Below the pieces are notes generated by a model. That model was not told the DNA's origin and did no database searches. It saw nothing but the letters and a program-made list of their open reading frames with translations. From assembly GCA_026026165.1 (NCBI GenBank), contig JAPEUD010000084.1:1-64000 (forward strand): a DNA stretch of 64,000 nucleotides, written 5' to 3'. This DNA comes from Sarea resinae (Eukaryota). Of the stretch, positions 1-12,366 are shown piece by piece. Positions within the stretch are counted from its first letter, which is position 1. Every line of letters starts with the position of its first letter. Both the position numbers and the translations under genes were made by a program.

Positions 1-443
1 CCTGTTGCTCCCGTAGGCCCCGACGGTCCTGTCGCTCCCGTGGGGCCCGAAGCTCCAGTTGCGCCCGTGGGCCCCGATGGCCCTGACGGTCCGCTGGGTC
101 CTGTTGAACCGTTGAAGCCTTGCGGTCCCGATGGCCCCGACGGCCCACTGGGTCCCGTCGCTCCTATTGCACCCGTTGGCCCTGACGGTCCGCTGGGTCC
201 GGTTGAACCGTTAAAACCTTGCGGCCCTGAAGGCCCCGACGGTCCTGTCGCTCCAGTGGGTCCCGAAGCTCCTGTTGCACCCGTGGGGCCTGAAGGTCCC
301 GATGGCCCGCTGGGTCCTGTTGAACCGTTGAAACCTTGTGGCCCTGACGGTCCTCTGGCACCTGTAGGTCCTGAAGGTCCGCTGGGACCGCTGGGGCCTG
401 CCGAACCGTTAAACCCAGGGGGTCCGCCAGGTCCCGCGGGGCC
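1..443 (-). repeat. Collagen-type 9-nt (Gly-X-Y) coding tandem repeat
   Basis: Minus strand translates [42 protein letters not shown] ... GPT GAT, with Gly at every third residue up to the window edge. Confidence 0.95.
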
Positions 444-1224
444 AGTGAAGTTGTTCGCCGAGCAGACGCTCACTGTACACATCAGACATACCCTCAAAGC
501 GATGGAGAGAGCGAACTTACTGCCGACTACTCGCAGATTGACGAAAGTGCAAGTTGGCAATTGAGCACTTGAATTAAAAACAGCGAGAACAGTGTTATTA
601 CTCGTAACACACCAGGACGCGGCACCGTGAGAAAATTGCGCATTCTGCCACAAAAGGGAGCCGTCTGCTGCGGCGGAAAAATCTGTCGTAATGTTTCCTG
701 GTGTGGATGAAGCTTGGAAAACCATATAAGGGACACCAGGGTTTGTGGAATAGAGGTTTCCATTGCCGTCGTACAGCATACCGTCGGTGATATTATAAAC
801 AGTTGAGCCGACACATGAGATTGACATTGCACCATCAGTGCCAAGAAGCCCAGGGATTTCCTGCGCTCGTCGAACCGGACGGGACTTGATTGGCGAGATG
901 GCTAGCTGGAAAGACTCTTCTGAGCTATAGTCCTCGAACTCCTCTTCTGAACTTTCGTTGACGACACGGATTAGCAGGATACAACTGACGGTACCAAACA
1001 GCATACTTGGCATTTCTAGTCAATAACGTGATATCCACTTCCTCCACAGTGACGGTCGATGGCGAGCTATAAGCTTCGGCTGCGAGAGATGTGTTTGTGG
1101 GGGTGTCGGTGACTTCAGAGGTGTCATGAGCGGCGATTTCACCCAGCATTCGGGCGTCTAAAGGGACGGCATATTTTGCCGCATAGCCAAGTCGTGCAAT
1201 AGCGAGCAGATAGATGAAGCGCAT
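1..1224 (-). CDS. Secreted collagen-like protein (signal peptide, globular N-terminal domain resembling fungal DUF7908, then a Gly-X-Y region); 3' end lies outside the window
   Basis: Exons 1224-1007, 951-521 and 472-<1 joined by introns GTATGC..CTAAT..AAG (1006-952) and GTAAGT..CTGAT..CAG (520-473). Starts [15 protein letters not shown] (signal-like). Exon 2 reads ...[27 protein letters not shown]...[11 protein letters not shown]...ITTDFS...[16 protein letters not shown]...CTFVNLRVV. Exon 3 gives 49 uninterrupted Gly-X-Y triplets. The DUF7908 label is from memory of the motif. Confidence 0.85.
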
Positions 1225-4004
1225 TGTATCAAGCTGGAAGTTTATGGTTGTCCCTTAGCTTCCTCGAGTTCGGAAATCGAATAACTGGAAAGCAAAAAAA
1301 AGAAGGTAAAGCCTGAGATATTATCTCATGCCCTGACAATGAACGAGAGTAGCAGCGTAGGACGACAATGGACGACAAAAGCTACCCAGTAGATGTTTAT
1401 AAAGCAACAGCGAAAGGCACCAGGAACCCACAGAACACCCAAACATCCTGACGGTCAGTAAGGATTTCACTGGAATGAATCGTCGAGTCGTTAGGTATGG
1501 AGGAGAGACTGAGTATGAAAATCTCAGGAATGAACATTCTCGGTTGCGTTCCAAGTTCCGGCAGATGCATGGCAGACCCGAGGAATGATCATCAAAAGTG
1601 AACGGGTGCATAGATACGAAACCCACCCACAAGTTCACGCTATGTGAAGATTGATAGGACACATCATGGTCCGGGTACAAAAGGAAATAGAAGGCGGACT
1701 ATGATTAGAGCAGATCTCCATTTGTAAGACGAGTTTTCGAGTGCGAAACAGCTGATATTCCAGTGCGGATCCACATCAGTATCATCATTTCCTTATTGAA
1801 ACGTCCAGAACTTTCTGTGTTCGTTTTCCTCCTATAAGGAGACGAAAGACTAGGGACTTTCTAGGGATGAGATGGTGTACATAGTGAAACAATCTTGTTG
1901 AAGCGACCTTGGACTTAGCAATAGACCTGGGCAATCCATGGCGGTAAGCACGAGTTGGTTCAAGCACATGGCAGAAGACTCGGATGTTTCTCGCGGCAAG
2001 GGGATGCTGAAAATCAATCGCTTGCCGAAGTGTCTCAGTAAGAGTATGGCAAGGTCTCAGAGTGGTAATCGAGGGGTGATCCCCCTGGGGAACCCATAGG
2101 GCTCTCGTTCGGTAGCTCTTGAACGCTTCGCAGGAGCCCTCGGATAAGTCTGCCGTCGTGCTTCGCGCCATAACCCGGTGGTGGTAGTAAATTCTAGAAG
2201 GACAGAGCACTGCTACTTCCCGGAGCTTCCATCGTGATGAAGTGAAGTATATACTAGCCTTCATCTTCTCACTGATTCAGGTGGCTGTGTATATTCGCTT
2301 CGGGCAAAATGCATCTCTTGAGGATCAAGAGAGAAGTTCCTCGTTCTTCGCAAACAGTCCCAATTGCCCAAAGCACATCACATTGTCGGTCAACCGGCTG
2401 CTTGAGCCTCAGACAATTGACTAAGGATCTCTTGAGGAGCAGCTTGCAGGTTGTCTTCTGTATCTCTGCTTCGGGTCTGAATATCATGTTGAGAGGAACA
2501 ATGTCATCTCAAATATCAGAAGTTGTCAACACAAGAGTAATTTGCATATCCTTTCGGGGTCGCCTTCGCTGGGAGGCTATAATCGGGCAGCTTAATTACC
2601 ACTTTCATCCTTGGGGCCTCAACTGGAAGAGAATTTAACGCCAGTTTTGCAGCGGCCGATTCTCCAAACGTACCCATCAGAGGTCATCTTGCATTTGAGT
2701 TAATCTTTCCTGTAAGTATAATCAGTCAAGAGACGCAAGAAAATACCTTATGATGATTTAATATCCATATGGGAGATCAAGGTTCCATTGTGCCCGTCCA
2801 AGTCGACGGTCAAAGGATGAACGATGATCCGATCGATCAATGAGGTGAGCTGGAGGTGGATACATGTAATGTACGGCCGGGATACCAGCTCCCATTGCTT
2901 GCACTGGTACACGAGATGGGAATTCAAGGTACAGAGTACTTTCTATACTCGTACGCAGTAGAGTACCTACTAGGGCAGCCTGGCGGTATGTGATCTCGTA
3001 CACGATGACCTTGCCCTATCTACCACCGACTAAGGTGGTAGTAGAAGGTACTCCAGCTGTATTGGATTAGGTACCTCAGGTAAGTACCTTAGTATCCAGC
3101 AAGACGCTTTTGGCTTAGTGTCGTAGCTCCCCCAGAATCACGACGATTCTTGTGGGCTCGTGAACAAAGAAAGGGTCCATGTCGGTACCGCTACAGAAGC
3201 TGTAGGACGGAACGGGTACCACTGCTGGACTGTACTATGAGTAAGGAGCACTAGGTACTATGAGTGCCTACTCCGAGTAGTATGTACGGCAGGGTCAGGT
3301 ACTCAAGTAGGTACTGCCAGTGCGCAGTCGGTACGCCGCGCGATGTAGTCGGTACCTACCTTAGGCTCCCTCTATCTGTCCCGCTTAGCCTGAAGTGCCA
3401 CGGTCGCGTCGACTTATATAAGAGAGCTGTCATATCCATCCACTTCATAAGGTATCCACTCACGCTTTTCCGCTCGTCTAAAGCTGTACGGTAGGTAGGG
3501 AAAGGTACAGTTGACGATATCGTAGCGAGCACCCTCCGCCATTATTGTTGCATTTCTCCACACCCGTGCGCGACAGGTGCGCTTCACTCCAAAACAACAT
3601 ACCGACCTCACCTCCAGGGCTACCCGCGAAGTCTTCCGGAATAAATAATCCCTTCCTACCAACGACAGATTGCTTCCTTTACCTGATTAGGTAATCCATC
3701 AGTCCCGCTCGATCTCGATTACGATCGGTTAGCCAGCACTCATTCTAGGGACTCTCCCTACCAAGTACCAATCCGAGAGTTCCTCCACTCCCAGACCGCT
3801 TTGCAGGCCTGGCCCTATATCGCCAAGAGATTCCATCCATGCGCCACTCGCCGCAGCCACTGGGACCTGGATCCAGCGCGACGATTGTGCCTCTGAAACA
3901 CATATCTCACGGTGCGGATTACGCCAAAACCTGATTCACGGATTACACTTGTTTGGACGCGTCAGACTTCGCGGCAGGCTGGCGCTCCATGCCCCCAAGG
4001 AGGA

Positions 4005-6768
4005 ATGCTGCTACGATCACCACCTAGTCTCCACTATCCGATCACCGTCACCGAGCTTCTGAAGCAGCCAAACGACAATGTCGAGAGGTTCGCACCGCTG
4101 TTCTCGTATTACTACAAGACTACGGTGACAGAAGGTAATCGTTTCGGTGATGAGTATCAGATCGAGAAGACTTACCCCTCGAAATTCCTCTCGGACCACC
4201 TGGGTGTCTTGAGAGAGTGGAAGGTTTCCAAGGGCACCGTGATCTCACACAAAGAGTAGGTCGGTCTGATCCCACGTGAGCGACGAGGTGCTGACTTCAG
4301 AGAAGTTTTGACATCGCAGTCATCGATGAACCATGTGCGCACGAGGTACAATTTGGTGGGATGTGCGCCAATTGTGGAAAGGATATGACCGAGTAAGGGC
4401 GCTGAAAGCACTCAGTCTAGTCTTGCGCTCGTTGACCTGGTCGCTATATAGGCTCACATTCAACACCGAGGTCTCCAACACAGATCGAGCGACCATTAAC
4501 ATGACCCACGATAACGTTGCCTTGACCATCAGCCAAGATGAAGCCACGCGCATTGACGAAGAGGCCAAGCGCAGACTGTTAAGTTCAAGAAAGTTGATTC
4601 TCGTCGTCGATTTGGATCAAACAATAATACACGCGACGGTAGACCCGACCGTGGCGGAGTGGCAGCATGATGAGAGCAATCCGAACCATTTAGCGGTCAA
4701 GGACGTCCGAGCTTTTCAACTCATCGACGAAGGCCCTGGCGCCAAGGGCTGTTGGTACTATATTAAGCTGCGTCCAGGCCTGATGGAGTTTCTAAGCAAT
4801 GTGTCTAAAATCTACGAGCTGCACATCTATACCATGGGTACCAGAGCCTACGCTCAAAATATAGCCAATATCATTGACCCAGACCGCAAGATATTTGGCG
4901 ATCGAATCCTCAGTCGAGATGAGAGCGGAAGTCTGACGGCGAAGAACTTACAAAGACTATTTCCAGTAGATACCAAGATGGTTGTCATCATCGACGACCG
5001 AGGCGATGTCTGGAAATGGACGGACAATCTTCTCAAGGTCACTCCTTATGACTTCTTCGTCGGCATCGGCGATATAAACTCAAGCTTCTTGCCCAAAAAA
5101 CAGGAGATTCCCTCGTCGCCAAGAGCTTCATTTGCAACGGTTCCTGCCCTGGACACGGTTCCGGCAGAGGATAGCGCCGCCGGCGAGCCCTTAGCAAAAG
5201 AGATTACACCTGTCGAGAAAACCACGACTCCCGATGAGCAGACAACTGAAGGTCGACCAACTACTACAACAAATACTATGTCTGCGTTGGAGCAGCTTGT
5301 TTCAATGGGCGGAGGCGATGACCCCACTGTAATGCAAGCACAAGCAACTCGACAAGACGAGGCATTGGCCGCTCAACTTCAAGACCGACCTCTTCTTCAA
5401 AAACAGAAACAATTGGACGCGGAAGACGACGGAGAAAAAGACCAGGATCGCAATGGCGACGAACAAGCCATGGGATCGCAAGGACGCCGGCATAACCTTC
5501 TCCAAGACCATGACGTTGAACTTCAGCATGTTGAGCGCAATCTGAGTGTCGTTCATCGGTCCTTTTTCAGCGAATACGACAGAAGGCTTTCCGGCGCTCA
5601 AAGCGGACGAATTGCTGAACTTCGAGGTGAAAAGTACGCCAGGGCAGCCCCTGGTAATATCGAATCGGTAGACTTGCGAATAGTGCCCGATGTCAAATAT
5701 ATAATGCCACAAATGAAGGAAGAGGTTTTCGGTGGCCTGGTTCTTGTTTTCTCAGGGGTGGTTCCAATTGGGGTTGATATCCAGAAGTAAGTATCTTACT
5801 GATCGTGCCAAGGCTAGGCATGTACTGACCTGCCCTCTAGCTCCGACATTGCGCTGTGGGCAAAAACATTTGGCGCTCAGATTTCCGAGAAAATCGGTAA
5901 ACGAACCACTCACGTTATTGCGGCGAGAAATAGAACGGCAAAGGTCCGCCAGGCGGCACGTCATCCGCATATCAAAATAGTTACACCTCAGTGGCTGTTT
6001 GACTCCATCTCGCAGTGGAAACGCCAGAATGAAGAGCCTTACAGCATTCCAATTCATCCCGATGACCGCGCACAGCCAATGGCATCACAGGAGAGCATCG
6101 CAGCTGGTAAAGATGGTTCCTCTCTCGATTCCATAGTCGACGATTCAGCCCTACTGTCTTCGTCGGAAGAAGATGAAGGTGATTCCGAGGATGAAAGCGG
6201 AGCCATTGGTCCATGGACCGAAGAGGTTGACGATCCTGAGGGTCTTTTGCCACCGGAACCCGCGGACCAACAGTCTCCCATCGTCGGTACGGATGAGGAT
6301 TGGAAGTCCATGCAAGACGCCTTGGCCGAGTTCCTAGGATCAGATGCAGAGGACAGTGACAGCGATAGCGTGGTCTCATCGGTAAGTAATCATAGCCAAA
6401 GAAAACGCAAACGATCTCCATCTCCTGGTGAAACGAATGAAGATAATCTAGGCGGGGATGAATCTGTTGATAGTCCCGGCGAATCACATCTGTCGCAAAG
6501 GAAGAGAAGAGCCTATGAGAGGTCTACGGGTCTAAGGGAGGTAGCTACAGCTACTACCACCTCATCCACCGTGTCAAGTCCTACAGAGACTCGGGAAGGC
6601 CAAGGTGGGGATGGCTCAAACGATGAAATCATTGATCATGTTGATCCCGAGGATGAAGATTCTGCTCTGGAGGCCGACCTGGAAGCGGAATTCCAAGCCG
6701 AAATGGAAGCCGAGATAGAAGCCGAAATGGCCAAAGCAGAGGCCGGAGAGCAAGATGCAGGAGACTAA
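4005..6768 (+). CDS. FCP1: RNA polymerase II CTD phosphatase Fcp1
   Basis: MLLRSPPSLHYPITVTELL start; spliced EPCAHEVQFGGMCANCGKDMT; catalytic LVVDLDQTIIHA (DxDxT); KLRPGL, YTMGTRAYA, VIIDDRGDVW; BRCT (LVFSGVVP...THVIAARNRTAKV...WLFDS); acidic tail. Three short introns. Confidence 0.97.
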
Positions 6769-7460
6769 GATTTTCCGCACTGCGGTAGTCTCTGCCACTG
6801 GCCGTTTGTAATTATATCTACTCATCCTGTCGAAAATTCTGCACAGCGTGGTGTCTTGGCAGCAACTGCATTTCTCGGGGAGTTACTTGGTACGACTTCT
6901 ACGCTAGGTTTGCCGATGGTTGCATTGGTGACGATGTATCATTACAGGCATTGAGAGATGAGAATACGAGCTGAGAATATGAGCTATTGGCCTTGATGAT
7001 TGTTTCCGCAATTGAAATGATACGGAAAACACGTCGAGTACGCGGAGGACATGGCTACCTTAGTCTTGCTGGCATAATCTACTGAAGTACCTTATCCATC
7101 TACCTCACTAAGGTACTGTACTATGTACTGAGGTACGCGTACTGTAGGGACTCTACCTAACCTCCCTAAGGTACCTACTAGAGGTAAACTGGTATGAATG
7201 GCTGCAACAGGTACGGTATCTATAAGTATACTTGGTCGAAGAACGACATGCAGATATACATATATCTACTGCCTATTGGGCATATTCACTCAATATGCAT
7301 GGCGGCAAATGTCGGTGTTCCGAGTTTCGCGAGGCTACACGAGGCTACACGTCTTCGTCGCGTCTCCCCACGGCAATAGACGTCTCTTACTCTCCTGTGT
7401 GCTGTAGAGCAGAAAACGCCATAGATAATCTATCCCTCATTGATCTGAAGGTGTATCGTT

Positions 7461-10400
7461 ATGGCCTCCCGCCCAGAGCTCAAGGTAAGCACTCAAGGAC
7501 CACTTATGAAACTCATATCTGTAAGTCAACTAACGGGTCGCCAGGTCGATGATGAAGTGGGCTTTATTCGGTTCTTCCGCGCTCTACCAGCGAAGAATGA
7601 GGAAACGATTCGAATCTTTGATCGCGGTGACTGGTATACAGCACATGGTGATGATGCCGCTTTCATTGCGAGGACGGTAATTGATTGGTTCCTGGATCCG
7701 CGTACTATCACCGTGACTGATCTGAAAATTTGAGGGCAGGTCTACAAGACTACTTCTGTACTTCGACAACTTGGCCGCAGTGACGGCGGTCTTCCTTCGG
7801 TCACTATGACTGTTACGGTGTTCCGAAATCTACTCCGCGAAGCACTGCTCAGATTGGGAAAGCGAGTCGAAATCTGGGAGAGCAGTGGGCGCATGAACTG
7901 GAAAGTGGTTAAACAGGTACAGCAATACAGCTTTGTCATGAGCATTCAGATTTCCGCTGACAGCTGGCTCAGGCTTCACCAGGAAATCTCCAGGATATCG
8001 AGGATGAATTGGGAGGCCAACTCGATTCCGCACCTATAATACTCGCAGTGAAGATTTCAGTCAAAGCTTCTGAAGCAAGGAACGTCGGAGTATGTTTTGC
8101 TGACGCCAGCGTACGTGAGCTTGGCGTCAGCGAATTCCTTGACAACGATCTTTATTCGAACCTGGAATCATTGCTAATACAGCTTGGCGTCAAAGAATGT
8201 TTGATTCAAGCTGAAGGCCAGAAGAAGGATGTGGAACTGGGAAAGATCAAGGCAATTGCTGACAATTGCGGATGTGCTATCGCTGAACGGCCGATTGGAG
8301 ACTTTGCAATGAAAGATATTGAACAAGACCTCACAAGACTTCTCCGAGATGAGCGAGCTGCAGGCACCCTCCCTCAAACGGATCTGAAGCTCGCCATGGG
8401 ATCTGCTTCTGCTCTCTTGCGGTATCTAGGGGTCATGACCGATCCGTCTAACTTTGGTCAATATCAGCTATACCAGCACGACCTCTCACAATATATGAAG
8501 TTGGACGCTTCCGCCGTCAAAGCGCTCAATCTCATGCCAGGCCCTCGAGACGGATCAAAGAACATGAGTCTCTACGGACTCTTGAATCACTGCAAGACAC
8601 CGGTGGGAAGTCGGCTGCTAGCACAGTGGCTCAAACAACCCCTGATGAGCTTGATAGAGATTGAAAGGCGGCAGCAACTCGTTGAAGCATTTGTGACGGA
8701 CACGGAACTACGGCAGACCATGCAAGAAGAGCATCTCCGATCAATACCGGATTTGTACCGACTAGCAAAGAGATTCCAGCGCAAAATGGCAAACTTAGAA
8801 GATGTCGTGAGGGCCTATCAAGTCGTCATCAGGATACCGGGCTTCATTGGAACGCTGGAAGGTGTCATTGATGAGAAATATCGTGACCCACTAGATGCAG
8901 AATATACGACGAAGCTCAGAGTAAGTGAAATTAGGCATGCTTGTATAGACGCTACTAACTTCAGATAGGAATATTCCGACAGCCTAGCCAAATTACAAGA
9001 GATGGTAGAGACAACCGTCGATCTTGATGCTCTCGAACATCATGAATTCATTATCAAGCCAGAATTTGATGACAGTTTACGGACGATTAGGAAAAGGCTT
9101 GATAAGCTGAAGTATGACATGGAGCTTGAACATAGGAAGGTTGGTAAGGACCTCGGTCAAGACATTGATAAGAAGCTTTTCCTCGAAAGTCATCGAGTGC
9201 ACGGCTGGTGTTTCCGATTGACCCGAAATGTGAGTATGGGTGATCCGATTTTGCTTCTGTCCCAGCTGACTCGTCCCCAGGAAGCCGGATGTATCCGAAA
9301 TAAAGCCCAATATCAGGAGTGTTCGACGCAGAAGAATGGAGTCTATTTTACTACCAATTCATTGCAAACGATGCGTCGGGAATTCGACCAACTCTCAGAG
9401 AACTATAATCGGACGCAGAGCGGCCTGGTCAACGAGGTTGTGAACGTTGCCTGTGAGTGTAAAGAAAGCTATTCTGCCCTTCACCTTATGCGCCATCCGC
9501 CATCTCTATGGAGTAGAACACTGAAATTTTAATCCGAGACAATACTGACGTCTAGTTCAGCTTCATATTGTCCTGTCATAGAAAGACTGGCAGCGGTGCT
9601 CTCACACCTCGACGTAATCGTCAGCTTCGCTCACGTCTCTGTCCATGCTCCCACCTCCTATGTTCGGCCAAGAATGCACCCAAGAGGGGAAGGCAACACA
9701 ATCCTGAAAGAAGCTCGTCATCCGTGTATGGAGATGCAGGACGATATCCAATTCATCACGAACGACGTCACTCTTAAACGAGGCGAATCTGAATTCTTGA
9801 TTATTACCGGGCCCAACATGGGAGGCAAATCCACCTATATCCGCCAGATCGGTGTCATTGCTCTCCTGGCGCAAGTAGGGTGTTTTGTGCCGTGCTCAGA
9901 AGCAGAGCTCACCCTATTTGACTGTATACTGGCCCGTGTGGGTGCGAGTGACTCCCAATTGAAGGGTGTCTCGACCTTCATGGCAGAAATGCTCGAAACA
10001 GCCAACATCCTCAAGTCAGCCACATCGGAATCGTTAATTATCATCGATGAGTTAGGCCGCGGTACAAGCACGTACGATGGCTTTGGCCTTGCATGGGCTA
10101 TCTCTGAGCACATTGTTCGCGAAATCGGCTGCTTCGCCATGTTCGCTACCCATTTTCATGAGCTTACCGCTCTGGTGGATGAATACCCTGCCGTCCAGAA
10201 TCTGCACGTCGTGGCACACATCGGAGGTGATAGCAATGCCAATGACGGCTTTAAGGACCACCGTCGCGAAGTCACTCTCCTCTACAAAGTACAGCCAGGC
10301 GTCTGTGATCAGAGCTTCGGCATCCACGTCGCGGAACTCGTGCGCTTTCCAACCAAAGTTGTCAGCATGGCCAAGCGCAAAGCGGACGAGCTTGAAGACT

Positions 10401-10630
10401 TCACATCAAAACACGATGAATCAGCTAGCCTCCTGCAACAGCAACATTCAAAGGAGGATGTCGAAGAGGGTAGCGCGCTGCTGAAGGCGGTGCTGGCGAG
10501 CTGGAAGCGCGAGGTTGAGGGTAAGGAGGGAATGAGTACGAGGGACAAAGTGGAGCGGTTGAGGGAGCTGGTCAAGAAGGAAGAAAGTTTGGTCACAAAT
10601 CCGTTCTTCCAGTCTGTGCAGATGCTTTAG
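7461..10630 (+). CDS. MSH2: DNA mismatch repair protein Msh2
   Basis: [15 protein letters not shown] start, [34 protein letters not shown]-loop [58 protein letters not shown]; six introns. Confidence 0.98.
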
Positions 10631-12366
10631 GTACAACTATTTAAGTTTGGCGTTGCTGTTTGGGTTGGTGGAGATATGTTCGTCACCATAGAAGGTATCG
10701 AAAGGGGTAGGAGTATCGGGTATCTGCAGATTTCAGTACAATAATTTAATCATAGCTGTGTTGGCTTGCAATCTTAGGCATTACTGGGCATTGAAATGCG
10801 TCCGGTCTCGGCGATTCGGCAACTCTTTCAATGCCACAACGTGAATGTCGCTTGTCATTTGCCAAAGTTCCGTTTTTTATTCCACTTTGATGTCAACATA
10901 TTCTACTCCTATATAATCAACTAAAATTGTCAAAGACATAATCTCTAATATACTTTCTATGACAGGCAAACAACCATCTATATCGTCTATATACCAAAAT
11001 ACAGGAAGGATATAAGCCGAGCAAACGTCGCCAAAAAGTTGCATAGTATACTGCTACGGGCAAACACCCGAAAATCATGGGAGCTGTGGAATTGTCAGAT
11101 CCTTGTCGTCAGAATGGAAAGAACACGAAAAGAGAAAACCTTCGAAGCTTCTGATGGCTTTTATGGATGGCATCAGGGAAATGAGGGAAATTAAATGTGG
11201 ACGGTGAGGGAATTTTCCCCTTTTGAGTTGGCGTCTCACAGGTATATATTGCTATTTCAGGGACCTTCGCCGAGGGTGATGAATTTCTGAATACGTAAGC
11301 ATCATGCAAGTCGATGGGTGAGAAGCCAATATCGATGCAAAGAAAGTCAGACATGAACCATCTTGAATAAAAGCTCCAGCTAAGAAGTAAGAATGCTACA
11401 TCGAGCTAGGCCAAAGAGAAGACGGCGTCTTCGCCTTCGCTGCTCGCCGAGGACCAAAACCACAGCGTGGCCGAGCAATTCCGCATTTGCATATGTGAGA
11501 TCAGCAAGGTATGTCATGTCGTTTCGTCAGTAATTGTCAATCTTTTCTTTGAGGCTGAGATTCTATGACTGATTGTTTACAGACAAAGCCCATAGCGTCG
11601 GACAAAAGAGATATCTTTATCGAAATTCAGGGACCCCCCTCTTTCTAGACCTATAGAAGTAGGAATTCTTTGATCATCTTCCAAGGACGCCAAACCTGGT
11701 AAAATCAAGTGCGGTCTTGGCAGAGAGCATCCCGCGGTATGGCCAGCGCAAGAGAGACAGCCCCAGTAAGTGTTGCTAAGTTTTCTTTGTGTGAGGCTTA
11801 GTTGTGCGGCGTGAGATCCGGAAGCTCAATGCCCCATGTGAAGGTTCAGTACCATATCGCTTCTCTTAATTGCTCGGAGGAATTTTTGAACAATTGATAG
11901 TGTAGGGTCCTGAGACAGCAATAGATGAGATGACAGAGAACGTCAGGCTCATTTACAGACTACAACTCAACAGCATTAGTACATCGATTCTGTTTGTTAT
12001 ATGCTCAGAAGAAAGAATCCTTTATTGAGAGGGTTGATATCACCGCTTAACGTGCACGACTTCCAACAAACATCAAAGGAAGTGAATCGAATATTCCTTT
12101 GACTGAAGGAACAATGTAAGAACAATGAGGATACATGTCTATCACGCAGCATACGTCCTGTGGACTATATAACGACCTCCCGCCTCCACTGGATCGACCA
12201 TTGAAATCATCAGTTCAACAGTCCTACCCACCACCATCAGCATCTCCAAAGCACTTGGCCGCTCAAACTCGTTCATTTCGCCAGTTATTGATCCGCTATT
12301 ACCAGCCTTCTTCCTTTTATTTTTACATACTTACGCTGGCCGTAAGATTTTACCACATAATACAAG

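Noticed and set aside
40..564. Plus-strand 174-aa Gly/Pro-rich ORF
   Set aside because: Antisense shadow of the collagen gene: GGN-CCN codons read Gly-Pro on both strands, but only the minus strand has Gly at every third residue, a signal peptide and introns.
1321..2760. Several 60-160-aa ORFs on both strands
   Set aside because: No recognisable motif or consistent splice model; may be a decayed gene, but I cannot support it.
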